The notes below the pieces were generated by a model. That model searched no databases, was not told the DNA's origin, and worked only from the letters and a program-made list of their open reading frames with translations. A stretch of 64,000 nt of DNA, taken from assembly GCA_951406725.2 (NCBI GenBank), contig OX597830.1:53134001-53198000 (forward strand), given 5' to 3'. Source of the DNA: Octopus vulgaris (Eukaryota). Of the stretch, positions 27,001-38,641 are shown piece after piece. Position numbers and translations under genes: made by a program. The first letter of the stretch is position 1. Each line of letters starts with the position of its first letter.

Positions 27001-28442
27001 CGACTGACCATTTGTAGCCAAAACTATTGAAAAGACAAAACCTAATTCGAGCTGTAGAAAATTTCAAAAGATATGTAACAGTGACCATTACAAGTCTAAC
27101 AATAAATATAATAGGCTAGAAACTAGCATGGTGTTGTATTAAATATAGGAGGGGATTGGTGTGTGTAAATCTACGTATCTGTCCGTGATATGGTCATAAT
27201 ATTTGTATAATGAAAGCTTAAAGCAATATATTGTAGTATGTATAGGGGACATAGAATGTACATTGCTTTTGTACATTTGTGATATCGTATGTGTAACGTA
27301 TTATATAGAATGAAAGAACAGGTTACATAATTTCTGCATGTATATCAAATGAGTATATTTATCTGTGTCTAAATAATTTATACGAAGAGGTTGAGACAGC
27401 AGTAGTTTACATATTATGTGTGTGTATGTGTATATATACATATATATTTATTATGAAACATGCACATGCAGTGGCTAGGGATTTGGTAATATATATAATA
27501 TACATATGCGTATAGTACATATATGACAAAATAACGAAGTAGGTCATTAATAAAAAAAATAATAATAACCACTCATTTACAATGAGCATTTATTTTAGAT
27601 TACAGCTTCCAACACACAACTACTGTCAATCAACACAGCAAATACCCAATATACTACACATCTAACACAAATTGCAAAATACTCAACACAATACACTCCA
27701 TATTTCATCTCCCTCTTTCCTTTACTCACACACACACAAACAGAATAATTATTATTATATATAAAAAGAGCAATGAGCTTTTTCACCCGGATAGAAATAG
27801 TGCTGAGCAAAAATGAGGAGTCGAAGAAAGGGGAGAGGGTCAAATAAAAAGAAAATGTCAAACATCTTAAGGGTTAACCACATTGTTTATTAAAAGGGAG
27901 TCATTTTTCTGATAAGGGAGAGGGGAAAATCGAAAAGTTAAAAGCCGACGACCGCCATATTTACTCACTCTTCTCTCTCTATCTCTTACTCTTTCTTCCT
28001 CTCTCTGTCTCTTACATTCTTTCTCTCTCTCTCTCTCCAATGTGTTAACTTGTAACTGTTTAAATGGGGGGGGAGCTTTTCTAGTTTTCTTTTTTTTTAT
28101 TATTAGTTTTATATTTTAACTTGTGTAAACATTCGTATTTCTATTATTATGACAATTAAATGGCTAAACCGTTTGTCAATTTGTCAGTTAAAATGGGGAG
28201 ACAACAACAGACAGAATTTTAAAGCGTATAATTGCTGGCCAAAAAGAACCGACATTTCGCTACAATAGTTATTATCTATGCACGGTAGACTCACTTGGAT
28301 ACATGTATATATGAATATATATATGAATCTATATATATTAATATAAATGTACAGACAAAGCGGGATATATATGTATGTATGCATGATAAATACATAGAAA
28401 TACACATATATGTATACATGGAGACATATATAGAAAGGATAC

Positions 28443-28603
28443 ACCTGAAGCTTTTGGCCCATCTCCTGGATAAAATTTGCGGCCATCTGTCTGTAATGTA
28501 ACTCCTTCTTCGGGTCTAAAGGATCAGGACCCCGTGTACTGGGAGAATGAGAAATATCCGTTTTGGTAAAAAGCCATCGTTCCTCCTTCTCAGACCCCGC
28601 CAT
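28443..28603 (-). CDS. CCNT: Cyclin T coding exon 1 (MAGSEKEERWLFTKTDISHSPS...KELHYRQMAANFIQEMGQKLQV)
   Basis: Translation matches the cyclin T N-terminus (RWxF..SPS..KEL.YRQ.AAN.IQ.MGQ.L.V). 161 nt, ending in phase 2 at a GTATCCTTT donor. Confidence 0.95.
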
Positions 28604-28635
28604 CGGAAAGATGCTGAAGAAGAGCAGAGGAAGCC

Positions 28636-28705
28636 CGCATGCGCAAACCGCACCGGACTTCCTTGACACGGCCTATGACGTCACGAAACAGCGCTATGAC
28701 GTCAC
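28636..28705 (-). promoter_or_regulatory. Cyclin T proximal promoter motifs: two CRE palindromes, NRF1-like and ETS-like sites
   Basis: TGACGTCA at 28676-28683 and 28697-28704; CGCATGCGCA at 28636-28645; GGAAGT on the minus strand at 28657-28662. All lie within about 100 nt upstream of the ATG in CpG-rich sequence. Confidence 0.7.
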
Positions 28706-28770
28706 AATGGACCTTGTCAACTGTTCGAGAGAGAACCGAGAGCGAGGTTGAAAAGAGAGAGTATACAGAA

Positions 28771-28930
28771 TAAGAGAGAGAGTGTGTTGTGTATGTGAGA
28801 GAAGGAGGAGAGAGAGAGAGTATTGTGTATGTGAGAGAAGAAGAGAGAGACAGAGCGTATTGTGTATGTGAGAGAAGGAGATAAGAGAGAGAGTGTGTTG
28901 TGTATATGAGAGAAGGAGGAGAGAGAAGAG
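28771..28930. repeat. GA-rich minisatellite, 4 units of about 37 bp
   Basis: Core TTGTGTAT(G/A)TGAGAGAAG at 28787, 28823, 28860 and 28898, separated by (GA)n. Confidence 0.85.
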
Positions 28931-31900
28931 TGTAAATGGCACTTTTGAGACAAAGCTAATCCTTCGTTCTCACATATTTCATATCACAAATAAAATTTGC
29001 ATGGCTTTTCGTTCTGTTATTTACCGTTTCAATCTAATGGTTTTTCAAACGAGAAATCTGGGGGTTTTTTTAGCAATTAGAAGACCAATTTGAATGTAAC
29101 CTTTTAATTGTACGTTTCAAACCCTAAACCGGTCACAACAAAACTTAGTAAAGAATTTATTTATTAAAAAAAAATTCTTGTGGGTGAATCATTACGAATT
29201 TTGACGTTAAATTTATTTTTTAACCCATAAAGAACATATATATTTGTCAGATCGTTTAGATGTTTAGTAATTCTACTTCTATGATGAAGGGGGAAAATAA
29301 TAATAATCAATAATAGTAATGGAACATGATGTTAATTTACTTTTTATTTAATAACCTATATAGTAAAGTGCAAGCTGGTAGCTTGTAGGGGTTTTGTAGG
29401 CCATAACAGAAGGAACATGTGTTAATTATAGCAGTTTGTTAAGTACTTCGTAGTTATAATAATAAGTTAATTGAAAAAAAAACAATACAGGTAACAAATT
29501 TGAAATGCGCATTAATGACCGTCATGTAAAGTAATGGGACAATATGTGATTCAATTACTCGCTGACCAACCTACTAGAATTAGCAGCCAAAACCTCCCTT
29601 AAATCATTACCGTCTTTAAAAGAACAGGAAAAGGTATATTGGACACTACTTTCTGCTGTACAAAAGGACGACCGGGTGATTACAGCTGGAATATCTTTGA
29701 TCACAGGACTGTCCGGGACGAAAAGCAAAAAAAAACAAGATTTTAATTACATCTGCTTTACATGAAGTCACTCGCTCAACCGTCCGACTATGTGATTTGA
29801 TATCTATTTATGCGTGTGTGTGAGTTATACACATACGCATGCAGGAGTGAGGTAGGGGCTTATTGGCCTATATAGTCACATGCGAGTCCATAGAAATTAA
29901 ATCTAGTGGAAAATCATCCCTGAACCCGAAGGATCGCCAACCGACACACATACACTGTCGCCGATATACAATTTTTTGAGTAGAATGGCATTATAAAATG
30001 TTCGTATATTTCTCGAAAGCTGTTGACTTCAACAGAAAATTCAAATTCTGTTTGGGAGATTCGGCTAACTGTGACCCCCAACTGACCTCTTTTGAGCGGA
30101 ATAATTTTTAAAAGTATTTGATTTTGGTGTTTAGCCTTTATACAACAGATCTACGATCAAAAGTATTCCGGCAATCGCCATCCTGTCTATGTCACTAAGA
30201 TTACATTTCTAAGACGCTATGACATAATTTGAGGTAAATTAACTGTTATTTCTAGCAGAACGAGAAACTACGCAAACGATTCCTTGTGGGAAGAGTGGAT
30301 AGCTAGTGTTTCGCACAATCAGCTCTAACCCAGCAACACATATGATCGAATGCGTTCCAGCCATGACTATCCTGTTGTTTTGTATATATCAAGGAATTAA
30401 TTACATAAGATTACATTATATTGCGTTGTCTAATATAGTTTTCGTTTATTTAAATACTACATAGTTGTGAGTTGAGGAAGATTTTGCTGCGAATTGGCAG
30501 AATCTTTAGAGTATCGAAGAAAAAAATGCCTTGCGGTATTTGTTCCGGCACTTGGTGTTCTGAGTGCAAATCCCATCGAAATTAACTTTGCCTTTTATGC
30601 CTTTGGGGTAGATAAAATACAAAACAACCAAGTACCAGGGTAGATATATAATTTTTTTTAAATGCTGGTCTTTATACCTACATCAGAAATCATTATAGGG
30701 ATTATTGCTTGCTTAATGTTGATGTTTATATCGTCTCAGATCAAAATCTGATTCAGCAGGCCTTTGACCAAACTCATTCTAGCCGTGACTACCTCGTCTA
30801 TTAGGACTATAAATACCCAGTATGCTTTCTGATTCCTTTAAAACAATCGTGGAGGATGTGGCTGCCATTTCTTGCAGGTCAAGTTGATGTTGTATAGCCC
30901 TAGGTGAGCCACGATCCACCAGACATTGATCAAAGATGTTCTTGGCGTGACTGTCCTGGTTGTTTTTATTAATTCATTCATAGTGTATATAGGGCATTCT
31001 TTCGGTTTACGATCATAAACTGAAAGTGGAAAATAACCATATGCAATCGGCATTAATATTTGGGGGGAAAAGAAAAAAAAAGGAATTCTGAATCGTAACC
31101 TCCATAATCTGTTTTTATGTTTTTAATTCAGAAACAAACAAAAAAAAATTGAAAAAAAGGTAATAATAAATATAGGATGAGGAAAAATGTTAAAAGTTTT
31201 GTTTTTGTTTTTGTTCTTTTTTTTTTCAATTGAAAACAGGAAACTGAAAAAAATCTTTGAAAATTACAACGGAGAATAGAGTCTCTCTATTCAACACGTT
31301 CTGTTGTGGTTCTTTATAATTTAAGTTTGTAGTGTGATTTAAAGATTTGGCTGCCTGTTTCTTGTAGGACGAGAGATAGCAAAGAAGCGCCATCATTGGA
31401 AGAAAGAGAGAAGGAAAAACCGAAAGAAACAAGAAAAAAGAAAAAAAAAAGAACGGAAGGAAGGAAGAAGTTTTCAATGAACAGTTCCTTTGGCTGTCCT
31501 GCCAAGCAGCCAATATGGTGGGATAGAAAGATGGATAAAGAAAGCTAAGATCAAGAGAAGGACAAATATCGACAAATAGATACAAGAATAGAATTAAACA
31601 ACAATTGGATGAATACACTCCGTCCTTCAAGTAATTTTTAGTTGATATAAATTTAACATATGCTGGGTGGGGGAAATCTCTGTAGTTTGGCGTGAGGATT
31701 CAGTTATTTGATCAACTGAATAATCACATTCATTGAATTAACGTGTAAATGACTAAGCATTCCACAGATATGTGTATCCTTAAACATACATCCCTTGGTG
31801 CTTTAAGCAGGTGCTTCTGCAGTTTAATAATTAATCTAGGCATGTTATCCAGTGAAATAAGCTCACCTCTCCTTTCCAACCTTCTCACACGTTCTGCATT

Positions 31901-31943
31901 CAATACTCCCGTTTCTTCACCATGCAACAACACATTTAATACC

Positions 31944-32202
31944 TATTTCTTTATTACCCACAAGGAGTTAAACACAGAGGGGACAAACAAGGACAGACAT
32001 AGGTATTAAGTCGATTACATCGACCCCAGTGCCTAACTGGTACTTAATTTATCGACCCCGAAAGGATGAAAGGCAAAGTCGACCTCGGCGGAATTTGAAC
32101 TCACAACGTAACGCAGACGAGTTCAAATTCCGCCGAGGTCGACTTTGCTTTTCATCCTTTCGGGGTCGATAAATTAAGTACCAGTTACGCACTGGGGTCG
32201 AT
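31944..32202 (-). mobile_element. Rearranged S1 SINE forming an 84-bp fold-back inverted repeat
   Basis: Minus-strand SINE 3' part followed by an inverted duplicate. Arms at 32019-32102 and 32119-32202. Confidence 0.92.
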
Positions 32203-33249
32203 ACCCAAACACCACACTCTCCATGCCCATACAATTAGGGATGAAATTACGAACGCGAACACACGCATGCACACACACACACACACACAAATTATTCTTT
32301 AACAAGTTTCAGAGCATGGGCTGTATGTATTACATACATACATACACACACACAAACACATACATACATTTATACATACATACACACACACATCTCTCCC
32401 ATCCCTGTAACCCATGTCTATGCACCCAACCCATGTCTATGCACCCAATTCCTTCCTGACAAACCACCCTTCACAACCCCTTTTTTTCTCACCTTTCCAA
32501 CTGCAGAACTATCAACTCAGCTGCTATAATTATGACACCACTTCCTTCCATTTTCCTATGCTGGATGAATCTTCTCATGCACAGCAAATCGCCCATCACC
32601 TTGGTCCTTTGTTATCTCTGTGAAGATCAACATCTCATCATTATCATTTAACATCTGTTTTCCATGCAGCATAGGCAGGACGATTTGACAGGGAGCCAGC
32701 AAACTACAGGGATGTGTTGAACTCCAATGTCATATTTGGCATCGTTTCTACAGCTGAATGCCCTTCCTAGTACCAATCACTTTTCAGGCTGTATTGGGTG
32801 CTTTTTTTTTCTTTTGTGCTACCAGCTCTAGTGGTTTAACCATGCAATATGCAAGACAGACAGAAAAGAACAGAGAAAAAGGAAACAGAAAAAGAATCCT
32901 GTATTAAGAGGAGTATTTGGGATGGGAATGTAATGGTAGGTGGCTGTATGCCAAGTGTTAAAAGGCTGATAGAGACAGAGGTGTGTTGCTATAGAGGAGA
33001 TATATGGTGGAAGGAGATAAGAAGAAGGTAGTGATTGGATGCTAGAACAAACTCTCAAGGCATAAGAGGAGACATTGGAGAAGGTGGATGTGGAGTAAGC
33101 AGATGGAAGTAGAGGTTAATGTAGTGAGTGATGAACACAGATGGGAGTGCATATGGTGATAAATACCAGTAGATAGAGAGATAAGTTGGGATATTCAAGA
33201 GTGGATAAGGAACAAAGAATAGAAAAGAAAGTGTGTGCAAGGTGTGAGA

Positions 33250-34290
33250 TCAGTAGCGATCTGATATAGTTCCCTGCTACCCCCACTCTTCCAAGCCTGT
33301 TTCTTTGTTCTAATGCTCCTGTCTACAGCATCATTCCACCACCATGTCACCCTACGTCTGGATGGGACTTTGCACCAGCTGCAGATTTGGTCTGTGGCAC
33401 TCAGCAAACTGTCCTGCAGGACTTCCCAGTTGCCCTCTATGTCACAAGTCTGTAGCTCCTCCTCCCTCTCATTAAATTTCTCAATTAGGATGTCCCTAAA
33501 TCTCTGACCATATGAAGGGTCCTTAAGCTTCCAAATCCGTCTTTTTCACATTAGTTTGCTTCTTAGCACCCTTCTAAAGTCACTAGTGACTAGGCTATGC
33601 TGTGGTGGGGTTGGGGTGTACATTCTTCACCAGGGAGGCTCTTTCTATCTAAGAGTGACCATGCATCTCACTGTCTGGTGAGAATGTAATCAATCTGGCT
33701 AGCACAGTCACCTGGTTGGTAGGCTATCAGGTGGCTGGGTGGCTTCCTGAAGTTGGTGTTGCAGATCAGTAGGTTATTTGCATCACAGAAATCCAGTAGC
33801 CTTGTCCCTTCTTTGTTTCGGGAACCAATTCTATGGTCCCCATGTATACCATGGAAGATACTGGGCTGCCATCCAACATACCCATTGAAATCCCCCAGCC
33901 ATGAAGATGAGATCATTGTCACTCGTCTTTGATTGGTCTTTTTATTCATTTGGTAGGCCTGCTTGTGGGGCATAAGCAGAGATAATTGTCACTATGCTAT
34001 TCTGCAAAAGTTAAGTACTCTATTGCACACTCTGACTACCTCTATGACCTTATCCACTCATTTCTCTGCAAGAAGTATGCCCACACCACTGCTCCTGTTG
34101 ATGTTACCTTCCCAGAAGATTTTATACCCATGTGTTTTGCCTGTGAGGAACCTGGCTGAAGCTCCTCTTCACCTTACATCTTGGATGCAACACACATCAA
34201 CATGCCTCCATTCAAGCATCTCAACGATCTCGCTAGACCTACCTTTCGATGTGCCTACATTGACAGTGCCAACTCTGAAAACTAGGAAAG
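33250..34290 (-). mobile_element. RTE-clade LINE 5' fragment (APE endonuclease pseudogene)
   Basis: Motifs RVGTVNVGT..GR, GVGILL, GDFNGYVG, RNKEGTRLLDFC..NTNF, SQIDYIL and RVTWWWND, with stops and frameshifts. Confidence 0.9.
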
Positions 34291-35034
34291 GGACATGGGA
34301 GGAGAGATGGTATTCAGCACCTGAAAAGGTAGTTTCAACGATCATTTGATAACAAACATGTCAGATCAATTGTTTTTGCTTTAACCTACCATCATTCAAA
34401 CATGTTAAAATTGTTGCCCCTATTGGGGGATGAGTGTAATGTAAGCATTGTAAATATAAGCAGTACTGCTGCAAATATAAATAGGTCAGTATTTAAATTA
34501 ACTAAGTAAATGAACTGCTATTATTTAGTCCATTATATATAGAAAGCAGTAGGTGATTCGTTAATTTACTATGTAACACATTTCCTTTTGGTGCATGCAG
34601 TAGTGTGGATGATTGGTGGTGGTGGGGATGGAGGGATGAAGGTATGTAAGTCTTCTGGTACAGAAGCGAGGCAGAGCCCTGTAGGGTTTCTGGTATAAGG
34701 GAAGTGATTTCTGGTTTAGGTAGTGGGGCAGGAATAGGTGGGTGCATTGTGGATAAGCAACGGCCAGCTTTGCCTCAGGAAACAGAAATAGCAGTAAGAA
34801 GACACTAGTGAAGTAGAGAGAGAGAGAGAGAATTGAAAGACTTTATTGCTGGGGGAAATCATAAGAATGAGAAAGACACAAGTTATAGAACAAGGTGAGA
34901 ATGGTTACAAATTTTAAAGAGATTGAGGGATAGATCGCTGAGGAAATCATGGCAAAGTATGGGAACACATGGGTTATGAAACAGAGAGAGAATATTGCAT
35001 GGATTTAAAGAGTTATGATATATATATATATATA

Positions 35035-35385
35035 TCATCATCATCGTTTAACGTCCGTTCTCCATGCTAGCATGGGTTGGACGGTTCGACCGGGGATCTG
35101 GGAAGCCAGAAGGCTGCACCAGACTCCAGTCTTATCTGGCAATGTTTCTACAGCTGGATGCCCTTCCTAACGTCAACCACTCCGTGAGTGTAGTGGGTGC
35201 TTTTTACGTGCCACCTGCACAGGTGCCAGGCGAGGCTGGCAACGGCCACAGTCGGATTAGTGTATTTTACGTGCCACCGGCACGGAGGCCAGTCGAGGCG
35301 GTGCTGGCATTGGCCACGAGTCGGATAGTGCTTTTTACGTACCACCAGACCAGGGATCCTGGCTGGTTCAATTCGATTTCGATTT
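35035..35385 (-). mobile_element. Retroposon family S3 with (GAT)n tail and internal 63-68 bp repeats
   Basis: Highly similar to copies at 49129-49347 and 49480-49831; related copies at 38301-38641 (+), 20380-20643 (+), 32636-32830 (-) and 43540-43700 (+). Confidence 0.85.
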
Positions 35386-35867
35386 CGCTTGCCCCAACAT
35401 ATATATATTTTACCCAACATATATATATATATATTTTACCCCAACATATATATATATAAAATACAAAATGGGACAAGAACGAAAAACATCCTGACAGATG
35501 ATACAAAAATGGGACAACAAAACATCCAGATAGACAATACAAAGAAAACAAGGATGGGTCATTCAAAGTTTTCTTTCCTCAGTCGAGTACCAGATTATCT
35601 TCACAATTTCGGCTGATTATACTTGAGATTGCTCCAATCTGGCCAGTCCCAAAGAAAAACTAAGCTAAGAGCAGAAAGCAGCGAATATATACGAAAACAA
35701 GGATGGAAAAAAAATGGACAATGTTACACAAATACAAATGCAAATAACAGGACATAACAGCAGGTGTCTTTCGACTAAGGACGAATTAAATTAGGCTGGC
35801 GCATGTGGAAATGATTGAAACGAATAAAAGAACACATACACTCACACACACTGACATATATCATACC

Positions 35868-36101
35868 TATTTCTTTATTACCCACAAGGGGCTAAACATA
35901 GAGGGGACAAACAAGGACAGACATAGGTATTAAGTTGATTACATCGACCCCAGTGCGTAACTGGTGCTTAATTTATCGACCCCGAAAGGATGAAAGGCAA
36001 AGTCGACCTGGGCGGAATTTGAACTCACAACGTAATGGCAGACGAAATATGGCTACGCATTTCGCTCAGCGTGCTAACGCTTCTGCCAGCTCACCGCCTT
36101 A
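35868..36101 (-). mobile_element. SINE family S1 with 16-bp TSD
   Basis: TGACATATATCATACC duplicated at 35852-35867 and 36102-36117. Confidence 0.93.
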
Positions 36102-36703
36102 TGACATATATCATACCATTTTACTATTCACTTTTCCATGGATCTGACACAGTTTTATTGAGGCAGATCTTTCTATGGCCAGATACCATTCCTGTTGCAA
36201 ACCCTTTCCCAGTCAAGGTAATATTTTCCCATGGTCAAACATATTTCTGCTGAACATTAGAAATTAATTAAAATTCCATGGAGGTTGACTATATTTTTCC
36301 TCCTTTCGGAGTCAATAAAATATGTACTAGTTGAGCACTGGGGTTGATGTAATCGATTTACACCCCACCCCAAATTGCTGGGCTTGTGCCAAAATTTGAA
36401 ACCAATATTAGAAATATCCGGACATTCATTTATAATAATCACATGGTATCAGCATGAGGACACAAACCTGCACTTACTCACACATACATACATACATATA
36501 TAAACACACATTTAAATATCTACAACAAGCTTCTTTTAGTTTCCATCTATCAAATACACTCTCAAGGCTTTGTTTAGCTGAGGGCTATAGCACAAAGCAC
36601 CCATCCACGTTGCTATGCAGTGAGATCAAACCCTAAACCATGCAGTTGGGTTTGATTTCCCTGCCATATCACTTATCCATTCGCGTATGTGAATAGACAA
36701 ACA

Positions 36704-37953
36704 TATGAAGGTCAGCTGAAAAGTTCATAGGCTGACCAGGATAGTCTTGTGAAATGTGACCAAATGAGGTTTATTTTTCAGCATAGAACCCTTTGTGGTC
36801 CATAGACTTCTTCCAATGGTGCTGCAGTGCTTGGATCCCATTAGTGAAAAAGCTTTCATTCTGTTGGCCCCAAAAATCACAAACAGTAGATATGATGTCA
36901 TCATCAGTACAATACTGATTCAAAACCAAGTGTTTTTTTCATGTTGGTGAATAGATGGGACCAAATCAGGAGAATAGGAAGAGTGATCAACAAATTTGAA
37001 GCCCCGGTCATGCACAGCAGCCATTGAAATCAAAGGACTCGTGTGCTGAAACATTGTCCTAATGAAACAAGATTCCTTTCATCAGTTTTCCTGAACATTT
37101 GGACATGAGAGCCTTTCATAATTATCTCAGCAAGTTCACATAGTACTTTCCATTGATGGTGTGGCTCTTTTGAAGATAGTCAATAAAAACAATGCCTTTT
37201 GCATCCAAAAATACTAATGCCATCACCTTTCCTGCAGATGAAACAACTTCCTTGGATGAGGTGAGGAAAGGTGTTTCCACTGCATGGATTTTCTCTGACT
37301 CATAGATATGAACCCAACACTCATCCTAGCTTAGGAAATGTTCAAGGAAATCAGCTGGATCTACTTCAAACAATGTCAGGTTTTTCCATGTTGCACTTTT
37401 GATCAGATGTTAGAAGACATGGCACCCACCAAGCGGAAACCTTCCTCATGCCAAGTTCATTGTGCAAAATATTCTCAACTCTTTCATGGGATATGCTAAC
37501 AGCATTAGTTATTTGGTTTATAGTTAATCGCCTGTCATCTATCACCATGTGGTGAAGATGATCAATGTTTTCATTGGTGGTGGCAGTTGCTGGATGCTAT
37601 TGGGTGATCCTCAAGATACACCCTTCCTCTTCTCATTTCAGCTGCTCACTTTTGCACTGATGATAAAGCTGGAGTGTCATTGCCTAATGTAGTAACCATG
37701 TCAGCATAAATGTTCTTGGAGGCGAAACTCTTTTTCTGGAGGTACTTAATGATACCATGATGCCAAATTTTGTCCATTTTTAACAGATGACGCTACTAAA
37801 TACTTTTGAAGTTTTCTTTGAACAGTCAGTGTACCCGGAAAGAAACAATGCTGGTAATTAACAAGGTGAGCTGAAATGAATGCATGCAAGATTTCACAGC
37901 TCTAACATTACTCTTTCATAGTCAGCCTATGAACTTTTCAGCCCACCCTTGTA
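36704..37953 (-). mobile_element. Degenerate mariner, family A copy 2
   Basis: Reverse-complement homolog of 47-1293 (KVSAWWVPCLLT). TIRs TATGAAGGTCAGCTGAAAAGTTCATAG and CTATGAACTTTTCAGCCCACCCTTGTA. Confidence 0.9.
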
Positions 37954-38190
37954 TATACCCATTCATCAGAGAATGTGTGTGTATGAGTTAGTCTCTTCTA
38001 ACATAATTCTATTTATATCTAAGATGCATCACATGAACATAACTGACTCAGGAAAGACAAAAGGGCAATGTTGACCTCAGCAGGATTTGAACTCACAATA
38101 TAAACAAACAACTAATGTTAGATGTACCAGATATTTTGTTTGACACACTAATTCAAAGTAAATGCAACTGTGAATATTAAGGTATTTGTT

Positions 38191-38300
38191 TGTATGTATG
38201 TATGTATGTATGTATGTATGTATGTATGTATGTATGTATGTATGTTTGTATGTATGTATGTATGTATGTATGTATGTATGTTTGTATGTATGTATGTATG
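38191..38300. repeat. (TGTA)n tetranucleotide microsatellite
   Basis: Directly visible. It produces the spurious MYVC/HTYI ORFs. Confidence 0.95.
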
Positions 38301-38641
38301 CCAGAGCAGCCAACTGGTTTCCGTGCCGGTAGCATGTAAAAGGGCACCATTCGAGCGTGATCGTTACCAACGTCACCTTACTGGTTTCCATGCCGGTGGC
38401 ATGTGTAAAAATATTCGAGCGAGGTCATTGTCAGTACCGCCTGACTAGCCCTCATGCCGGTGGCACGTAAAAAGCACCCACTACACTCTCAGAGTGATTG
38501 GCGTTAGGAAGGGCATCCAGCTGTAGAAACTCTGCCAGATCAAGATTGAAGCCTGGTGCGGCCATCTGGTTTGTCAGCCCTCAGTCAAAATCGTCCAACC
38601 CATGCTAGCATGGAAAGTGGACGTTAAACGATGATGATGAT
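38301..38641 (+). mobile_element. S3-related retroposon copy ending GTTAAACGATGATGATGAT
   Basis: Homologous in reverse orientation to the 35035 and 49480 copies; sits within TGTA repeats. Confidence 0.85.

Larger units (their letters stand above)
18018..28442 (-). other. CCNT: U12-type (minor spliceosome) GT-AG intron 1 of Cyclin T, 10425 nt
   Basis: Donor GTATCCTTTC at 28442. Branch point TTCTTTAAC (18036-18028) lies 10 nt before the terminal CAG. Splicing restores the frame (GT|T = Val). Confidence 0.93.

Noticed and set aside
28604-28669. N-terminal extension MSRKSGAV... of the 161-aa ORF
   Set aside because: It starts at GTG within promoter motifs; cyclin T homology begins at the ATG at 28603.
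38077-38448. ORFs with HTYI/MYVC repeats and similar short ORFs throughout the window
   Set aside because: Translations of microsatellites or TE fragments, with no protein-like features.
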